DNA of 64,000 nucleotides, taken from positions 4,865,784 through 4,929,783 of the forward strand of contig JAUPSS010000004.1 in assembly GCA_040285825.1 (NCBI GenBank). Reading direction: 5' to 3'. Origin of the DNA: Eukaryota sp. TZLM1-RC (taxonomy: Eukaryota > Protista > Metamonada: BaSk clade). Both the position numbers and the translations under genes were made by a program. Below the pieces are notes generated by a model. The model saw nothing but the letters and a program-made list of their open reading frames with translations, made no database searches and had not been told where the DNA came from. Position 1 is the first letter of the stretch; each line of letters starts with the position of its first letter. Below are positions 57,369-64,000 of this stretch, one piece after another.

Positions 57369-58913
57369 CTAATACTTTAGATTTGATTCATAAGGACTGT
57401 CCTTATTCAGTTGACAATGATGCATTGCCCAACTGATAAGATTGAAATCATCAAGGGCTGTGGCAGTATTAACAATGAAAACAGAAATGTTGGAATCGAA
57501 AACATCGGAAAATTTCTGGTACAATTGTTCTAATACCCCATACATTAATTTAGAGCAATGCTGCCCGATTTTGGAGAAACATCGACAAATCATATCACAT
57601 GATTCCACGCAGAAATCAGCATAAGCCTTGAGAATGGTGAGATCTACCGACTCTTGACAATGGTTAAGATATAGATTCACTTGACAAGGATTATTCCATG
57701 TTTTAACTGAATCTTTATATTGTTGTATAAGATTTAAGTGGACCAAGGTTTGATTTTCAGTAGGGAACATCGTAGAAACAATCAATGATAATAAAGGTTC
57801 CATTGCATAAAAGCTGATATGAGAAAAGCAAAATGGCAGTGACACATGATTTTGTGATTTAATTATCTTTGGAGTGAAAACAAAATTAGAAAGGCACCAA
57901 TGCAGAAAAGTTTCAGAGTCAATTTGATGCGCAAATTTAAGAAAATAATGCCCTAAAATGGGTACATATTGAGGGTCAAACTCTCGAGATAATCCTCCTC
58001 TATATACTTCTATATAGGGTACTGAGCACATTCCAGATCTACAAGGATTGACAAAATGGAATGCAGCTTGTCTACTGAAGAAACAACAACAATAAAAATG
58101 CTGATTGCGAAGATTTGAATAAACAGGTCTACAATGATCTAATACATAGGCCAAAACTAAGACAGTAAAGTCTAATTCAACATCTAAAGTGTAATTTTGA
58201 TATACACCATTAATACTCCTTTGTTTAGCTAATGTAATGTGGACTTTGGGAATCTGAACAATCCCATCTACAACCTTCAAACCAAGTTGCCGTAACTTTT
58301 CGTTTGTTGGATCTAGTTTAAAATCAACAGTTTTTGTTGATGAACTTTTTTCTACATTTTTACCATTTCCTGTGGGAATCTCACCTACAACACATCTAAT
58401 GAGAACAGGCAGTCCCAACTTAGAAAGGGCATTCAAAGAGTTAATATTGTTCGTCTTCTCCAAAATAATAGGTTCGGGGACTCTATATTTTGGAACTTTA
58501 ATTTCCTGAACAGCTAACTCCCGCAAGTGACAATTCTCCTTCTCTAAATTTGATACGTTTGCTCGCAGCTCCTTAATTTCAGATTGAAAACACTGTTTTT
58601 CACTCTGATAACATTCTATTAATTCTTCTAATTGATGCTCATATTGAGACACAAGCTTCTGTAACTTGCCGTCTTTTTTATTTGACAGATTCGTACTGTG
58701 TTCCAATTCAACAGTTTTATGGAGATAATCGTGTTCCAATAGCATCAACTCTTCATTCTGAGCTCTAATTTCGTTCAACATTGTTGGCATAACTTTCAAA
58801 TGACTAAACTTATAAAATATACTTTGAAATGAATCTCCGTTGCTGAGCTTACTTTCGGTTAATAAGGAAAAAACATTGAGAACGTTAGTTTTAGTTAAGT
58901 CCAGCGATAGCAA
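57369..58913 (-). CDS. Hypothetical coiled-coil / possibly BTB-BACK-like ORF, probably pseudogenising
   Basis: 514-aa frame with a TTG start beside a LINE fragment. Coding-like sequence continues past the TAG (..NVVSEVELMSF). Confidence 0.45.
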   Translation of the reverse strand: MLSLDLTKTNVLNVFSLLTESKLSNGDSFQSIFYKFSHLKVMPTMLNEIRAQNEELMLLEHDYLHKTVELEHSTNLSNKKDGKLQKLVSQYEHQLEELIECYQSEKQCFQSEIKELRANVSNLEKENCHLRELAVQEIKVPKYRVPEPIILEKTNNINSLNALSKLGLPVLIRCVVGEIPTGNGKNVEKSSSTKTVDFKLDPTNEKLRQLGLKVVDGIVQIPKVHITLAKQRSINGVYQNYTLDVELDFTVLVLAYVLDHCRPVYSNLRNQHFYCCCFFSRQAAFHFVNPCRSGMCSVPYIEVYRGGLSREFDPQYVPILGHYFLKFAHQIDSETFLHWCLSNFVFTPKIIKSQNHVSLPFCFSHISFYAMEPLLSLIVSTMFPTENQTLVHLNLIQQYKDSVKTWNNPCQVNLYLNHCQESVDLTILKAYADFCVESCDMICRCFSKIGQHCSKLMYGVLEQLYQKFSDVFDSNISVFIVNTATALDDFNLISWAMHHCQLNKDSPYESNLKY

Positions 58914-58924
58914 TATCTCAATAT

Positions 58925-59150
58925 CCCTTTAGAATCATTAATCCAATCATAGTATACATCGCCTCTATCATTAGAAACAAACTTGTTTAATGACAGTGTT
59001 CCTCTAAGCAAAATCCACTTAATAAATGAGACTCTTACATTTCTTGCCATATTGAAAACAGTGTCCTGACAGCATCATGTAACGAAGAACGATAAATTAT
59101 CAGTTTGGGACAATTTGGAGCATGATGTAAGGTAAGCCGGGGTTGAGACC
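58925..59150 (-). mobile_element. Internal fragment of CRE-like family A
   Basis: KLIIYRSSLHDAV..NDRGDVYYDWI. Confidence 0.7.
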
Positions 59151-59919
59151 TAATATTGCAAGTTGATAAAGTTTTACGTTTTTCATAAAATCAAGAATCT
59201 TAAATTACAAAGCACAATAGAATGCGTCAAGAAAGGCCAAACTCGATTTGCACAAATCACATTGTCGGTTTAATAAGACAAGATGGTCTCTATATTTTTA
59301 TATTGACGATATTAGTTCAATGCTGATGAAAACAAGTAAGCGAATATAACTGAAAACCACAAATATTCCAAAATTCTGTATTTATATTTTTGTTTTTTTA
59401 AGCAGCTAGAATCAGCGTTAAACAAAGTACCAAAAACATTGCGAAACGGTACGAATCTTCAAGGCACTTCATGAATCAACCTGCTTTGCTTATTGACAAC
59501 AAACTGTAGATTCTGTTCACCTGAATTTTTTTGACAAACTCAGTATGATTTCAATGACCGCCAAAAGCAGTAAATGTAAAATTTTTATGCACGTATATTT
59601 GATAAACCATGCTTTCATCTGCAAAGTCCTGATCTATTTGCTTTCTCATTCACTCTTATTTTCAAAAAATGTAATGAAAAAATGAAATAGCATATTGAAT
59701 TCCAGAACAAGATGCAAAGTAATCGAAACTGTACATTCGTTTGTTCATGCATGATTTAGACCAATAATTTTCAGCTTCCTCAGACATTCTCCCATTAAAT
59801 CATGAAGCCAAATAAATAAAGACAGGCTGCTTATTTCTATCAACATTAGCTCCTTTATATATTCAAACCAAATACAAAAAACACTTAAAATTTAAAAACT
59901 TAAAATTTATTTACCTTAT

Positions 59920-61614
59920 TTACACAGAATTTTTGCTTAAATCTGATAATTGATTTAAAAATTCATTAGTATTCACAATTGCAGTAGAACCAACCAAAAC
60001 CTGTTCGTAAACATTCAGATCAGACAAAACCTTCAATTCGGAACCAGTCACTCCCCCAATAATATAAACAATCAATTTGGAAGTTTTCTTTGGAACTCCA
60101 CTGATTGTTGGGAAGTGATCATTATCAAGACGACCGGCCAAAAAGTCATCGATTATTGACCTAAACCTTGGAACAAACCTGCAAAAAGCAAACTTACTCT
60201 CTTCAATTACCTTCTTCCTAAAGAATCTTCTGGGCTTTTTAGTACTATGCACGGTCATGTCAAAGCTTGTTACACAATTAAACAAATCCTGTTCATTTTG
60301 AGGAATTTTGGCGAAATCATCTAATAAAGATTTTTTTGTTCTAAAATCTACTCCTCCGCTTCTTTCCGCTGTTACTAAATATAGTAACACCAATCTTTTG
60401 ATAACTTCCATTGATAAATTATTACTATTCAACACGGAATTAACCCTGGCTAATGTAGAAGTGATGTCATTGCCATCTTCATCTTCACCAGTAGCTAATT
60501 CTTGCTCAAGACCAACTACTGACTCCAGCTTTTCAATTTTAAATTGGTCAAAGCATTTTCCAATCAATTCTAAGTGATTTGCTGCATTTCTGACCTGTTC
60601 CTGATGAGCTGGCAGTGATGACATCATCGACCGCAACTCGACAATCGACTTGGGTGATTGATCACTGATTGATTGTGATTGGGGCATGGAGGTTAACAAC
60701 TCTTGTATTCTTTCCGACACCTCTGCAATATGCAAACATCGATTCTGTATCCAAAATTCATCACGATCATCAAGGAAAACCGTGCGCTGCTCACCATTTG
60801 ACCCAGTATACGTGACAGTCGAAGGAGCAGTAGTTGCTGACGTCAGCAGGTCAAAAATATTTGATTGATAGGTAAATTCATGAACCAATGGAGCAACCAT
60901 GTCCATGCCCCGATCTAGTATTAGTACGGTGCAATCTGAAGTTCCAGCTGATTTCTTTGAGTTTAACAGGGCAGCCAGCTTTGAAGCGGCGACATTGTTG
61001 ATACCGTTATTGGTTTTTCTAAATCTGATCACAGGATGGTTGATACCCATGGCAGATAAGAGTGTAGAGAGCTCTTCCATAGAGGCGTTAATACCAGGCA
61101 GGGTGGCAATGGATGATGAGGAGGATGAAGGGAAGAGAGAAGAGAGTTGGGGTTTGGAAGGGGAGAGGAAAACGTTAGGCTCAAATGAGAGGAATTGGAG
61201 AGGAACTTCTTTAAGAGACTTGAGACGCCGTGAAGTGACTAAAGAGGATGGTTTGAGGAGGGAAAGGAGGGTGTCACTGAGAGGGGCAGAGAAGAATACA
61301 TGTGCAGCATTGTAATGGGGACTAGAGGAGGAGAAGTCGTCAATAAGAAGGTTTACATTGTTTGAAGTGGGACACATGAGGTAGATAGCCTCAAATTCAG
61401 CAAGACGTTCACGCTGGTCTTTAGGACGAAGAGGTTCTACAAGGGCTACACCACGCTCCATAATTTCATAGGGTGAGACAACAGCATTAGCTACAGAAAG
61501 CATGTGCTCATCAACTAGGAGAACTTTCCATTGTTTTTTTGGATCAACAGATGCTACTACATCATCTAGAATCCTGTTGCGCACAAATGTACGCAAGTTG
61601 GGCCAAGAACGCAT
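59920..61614 (-). CDS. SEC1: Sec1/Munc18 (STXBP) family protein
   Basis: WKVLLVD, EAIYLMCPT, AAHVFF, LILDRGMDMVAPLVHEFTYQ, LEQELATG, IVYIIGGVTGSE. Confidence 0.92.
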   Translation of the reverse strand: MRSWPNLRTFVRNRILDDVVASVDPKKQWKVLLVDEHMLSVANAVVSPYEIMERGVALVEPLRPKDQRERLAEFEAIYLMCPTSNNVNLLIDDFSSSSPHYNAAHVFFSAPLSDTLLSLLKPSSLVTSRRLKSLKEVPLQFLSFEPNVFLSPSKPQLSSLFPSSSSSSIATLPGINASMEELSTLLSAMGINHPVIRFRKTNNGINNVAASKLAALLNSKKSAGTSDCTVLILDRGMDMVAPLVHEFTYQSNIFDLLTSATTAPSTVTYTGSNGEQRTVFLDDRDEFWIQNRCLHIAEVSERIQELLTSMPQSQSISDQSPKSIVELRSMMSSLPAHQEQVRNAANHLELIGKCFDQFKIEKLESVVGLEQELATGEDEDGNDITSTLARVNSVLNSNNLSMEVIKRLVLLYLVTAERSGGVDFRTKKSLLDDFAKIPQNEQDLFNCVTSFDMTVHSTKKPRRFFRKKVIEESKFAFCRFVPRFRSIIDDFLAGRLDNDHFPTISGVPKKTSKLIVYIIGGVTGSELKVLSDLNVYEQVLVGSTAIVNTNEFLNQLSDLSKNSV

Positions 61615-61639
61615 TGAGGAATTTAAAAGTGGAGAGAAT

Positions 61640-63870
61640 TATTTATTGAAATTGCACACTTAATTAAATTAACTCATAACTAATGGGACGAAATTCAATG
61701 AACCAAGATTTCCCCTTCAAATTCTTGATCTGCTTGCTGTCTAGCTAAAGCTTCTCGTATTCGATTGAAAAACCGAGGTAATCTATTTATAATGGCAAAT
61801 TGAATTCGTGCACGCCATAAAAAAATATCAAATCTTTTCATTGTTTTTTCTTGCACCATTTTTTGGAAGTCATTCAAAAAAGTTGCTGCTTCATCTGATA
61901 GTCTTCCACTTATCGAAAATGGGAAAGCAATAAAAACCAGCTGTGTATTTCTATCAGCATTAGCCTCTTCAATATCTTTATCATATTTTTTATGTTTTTC
62001 TTTTGCTTTAAAATCAAGAGAAGTCACAGGATTAAGTTTTCTTCTGTGAACCAAAGTATCATTTGCAACATTAGATGAGACAAAGTCAACAATACCTTCA
62101 GAATTATCAATCCAATCACACTATACATCACCTCCATCATCAGAACCAAAATTATTCAGAGAAAGTGTTTCCTTCAGCAGAGGCTCTTTGATACACGATA
62201 TTCTTGCAGTTTGTGCCATATTGAAAACAGTGTCTCTAACAGCATCATGTAATGAAGAACGATAAGTTATCAATTTGGAGCAATTCAGAGCATGGCGAAA
62301 AGTGAGTTGAGGTGAATTCGAACAAATACATTTTTCTTTTGATAATAATTGATTAATGGGGATATTCAAATATAATCTCATTTTTGTTACAAATGCTTCA
62401 TTAGTGACACACAATCCAAATCTTCGTGGTACAATGGTTACAAAAAGTGAAGAATCTGATGACTTGTTTTCACAAACACCCTTTTCCAATAACAATGAGT
62501 GAAGATCTTGATTTAAAACATCCGAGCTGCATATATTATTATAAAGATCATTTTCATACATTCCAGTCAATCGTTTCTGTAATGTTCGAAGAGTGTATTT
62601 TAAATTTAAAGAATTATTTTCTGGAATATTGCCATTGAATGATTGGGGGAAAGCATCGACACCATTTTTCTACATCAATTTATGAAATTTCTTCATTTAA
62701 TGCAAAAACAGCGGAACTTTGCGCTGTCATTAATAAATCACATTAATAAAGATTGCATTTCTGCATCCACCAATAAAAGCACATGAAGTAAGAATAGAAG
62801 CCTTTGTCCAACCTAATCCGCCATAATGTGGACTAAGATAAGCATGATCTGGAATTTGGAACATTTTACATCCCAGAAATTGTGACAAAACGTTTGCACG
62901 TAACTCATTAAACTTCTGAGCTAAAGGCCTAGTGACAAGAGGATTTGTACATCGAAATATATGATTGAAGTTGGAACTAAAACACAGTCTTATAATGGTA
63001 AATTCGATGTGTCTTTGTATATCTAAATTCATCATTCGGTCAATTTTGTCGGAAATTGAGTTCAACCTTTTAAACAATTTTTTGGTAATTTCATCATTAT
63101 TTCCAAAAAACGAACCCAAATGACGAATAGCATCAATTGAGTATAATTTGGCTTGAATTTCAATACCATTAACTATTGTGGAAACTGGAGAATTCGATAA
63201 CAAAACACATTTAAGTAAATTAAGTCGGAGACCAATTTTGGTAAATAATTCTTTAAAACATACAGTTGCTTGTTTCACGATATTTAAATCACCAATAAGA
63301 ACAGCATCATCCATTTTTAGCGAAGAAAACATCTGTTGAATTTGCAATAAAATAGGATGAATGGCCAAGCAAAACAAAAGAGGTCCTAACGGATCTCCTT
63401 GCTTTACTCCACTTGATGAACTCAAAATGTTATTACCAAAATGTAAATTGGAATTTTTGCTATTTGTTGATTGAAAATACGGCATTAATTCCGGCATATA
63501 TTGCAATAAAGCACAATGGATACTACTATGACTGAGTAAATTGAATGCATTACTAAAATCCAATGACACACAAACATTGGATTCATTTTAGCGAAATAAT
63601 ACATCTGTAGCAAATATCGCCGAGGAGACTCCATCAGTGGTATTAATTCCATATTGAAAGGGTAATAAAATCTTTTTTGCTTTCTCATTGAACCTGCTTA
63701 AGGAACACGCAGAAAAAATACTTTGTAAGCTCTCAGAGACTGCAATAGGACGAACATCCATTTTTGAATTTTTGACAAGTGCAGTCCAACGAGAACTTCT
63801 TAATTACTGTGGATATCTGGATTGACCAGTCAATATTTTGTTGAAAAATTGCATACTTAACAAAATATCT
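61640..63870 (-). mobile_element. CRE-like RLE non-LTR retrotransposon (family A), longest copy, decayed
   Basis: DVRPIAVSE, LDFSNAFN, GVKQGDPLGPLLF, MDD, YGGLGW, zinc finger, RLE and 3' UTR. Confidence 0.9.
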
Positions 63871-63879
63871 CATTACTGA

Positions 63880-64000
63880 TGGGAGAAAATTCACTGAACC
63901 AAGATTTCCCCTTCATAATCTTGATCTGCTTGCTGTCTCGCTAACTTCTGTCTAATTTGATTGAAAAGTGAGACAATCCATTAATAACAGCAAATTGAAT
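63880..64000 (-). mobile_element. 3' end of another family-A non-LTR copy (runs off the window)
   Basis: RQQADQDYEGEILVQ* terminus, head-to-tail with the previous copy. Confidence 0.75.

Overview
AT-rich, gene-dense eukaryotic genomic DNA in the standard genetic code. It is most likely from a flagellated protist, since it has DNAAF9/Shulin-like and ODAD4/TTC25-like genes, and its GT-AG introns are rare and tiny (28-33 nt). Host genes: DPH7, a MIT-domain protein, a coiled-coil protein, a P-loop-less kinesin-like protein, an unknown 586-aa protein, WNK kinase, DNAAF9-like, KANSL2-like, a large GT5 glycogen/starch synthase, ODAD4-like, BUB3 and Sec1/Munc18. A large share of the window is mobile DNA. 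There are two chromodomain-bearing Ty3/Gypsy LTR elements: a decayed one with 81-bp LTRs and a nearly intact one with 154-bp LTRs. A 1.1-kb gag-only mini-LTR element is nested in the first. There are also many CRE-like RLE non-LTR copies from several families, two hAT deletion derivatives, three Fanzor/TnpB-like C-terminal relics and a decayed Ulp1-protease + PolB-exonuclease relic. Most notable: (i) all three LTR elements lack a recognisable tRNA primer-binding site and instead carry a perfect 12-bp palindrome at the U5 boundary with a compensatory central swap (CAATAATTATTG vs CAATACGTATTG), suggesting a tRNA-independent priming or dimer mechanism; (ii) one Fanzor relic is followed by a run of hairpins resembling an omegaRNA scaffold. 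All family assignments come from motif recognition by eye; no searches were run.
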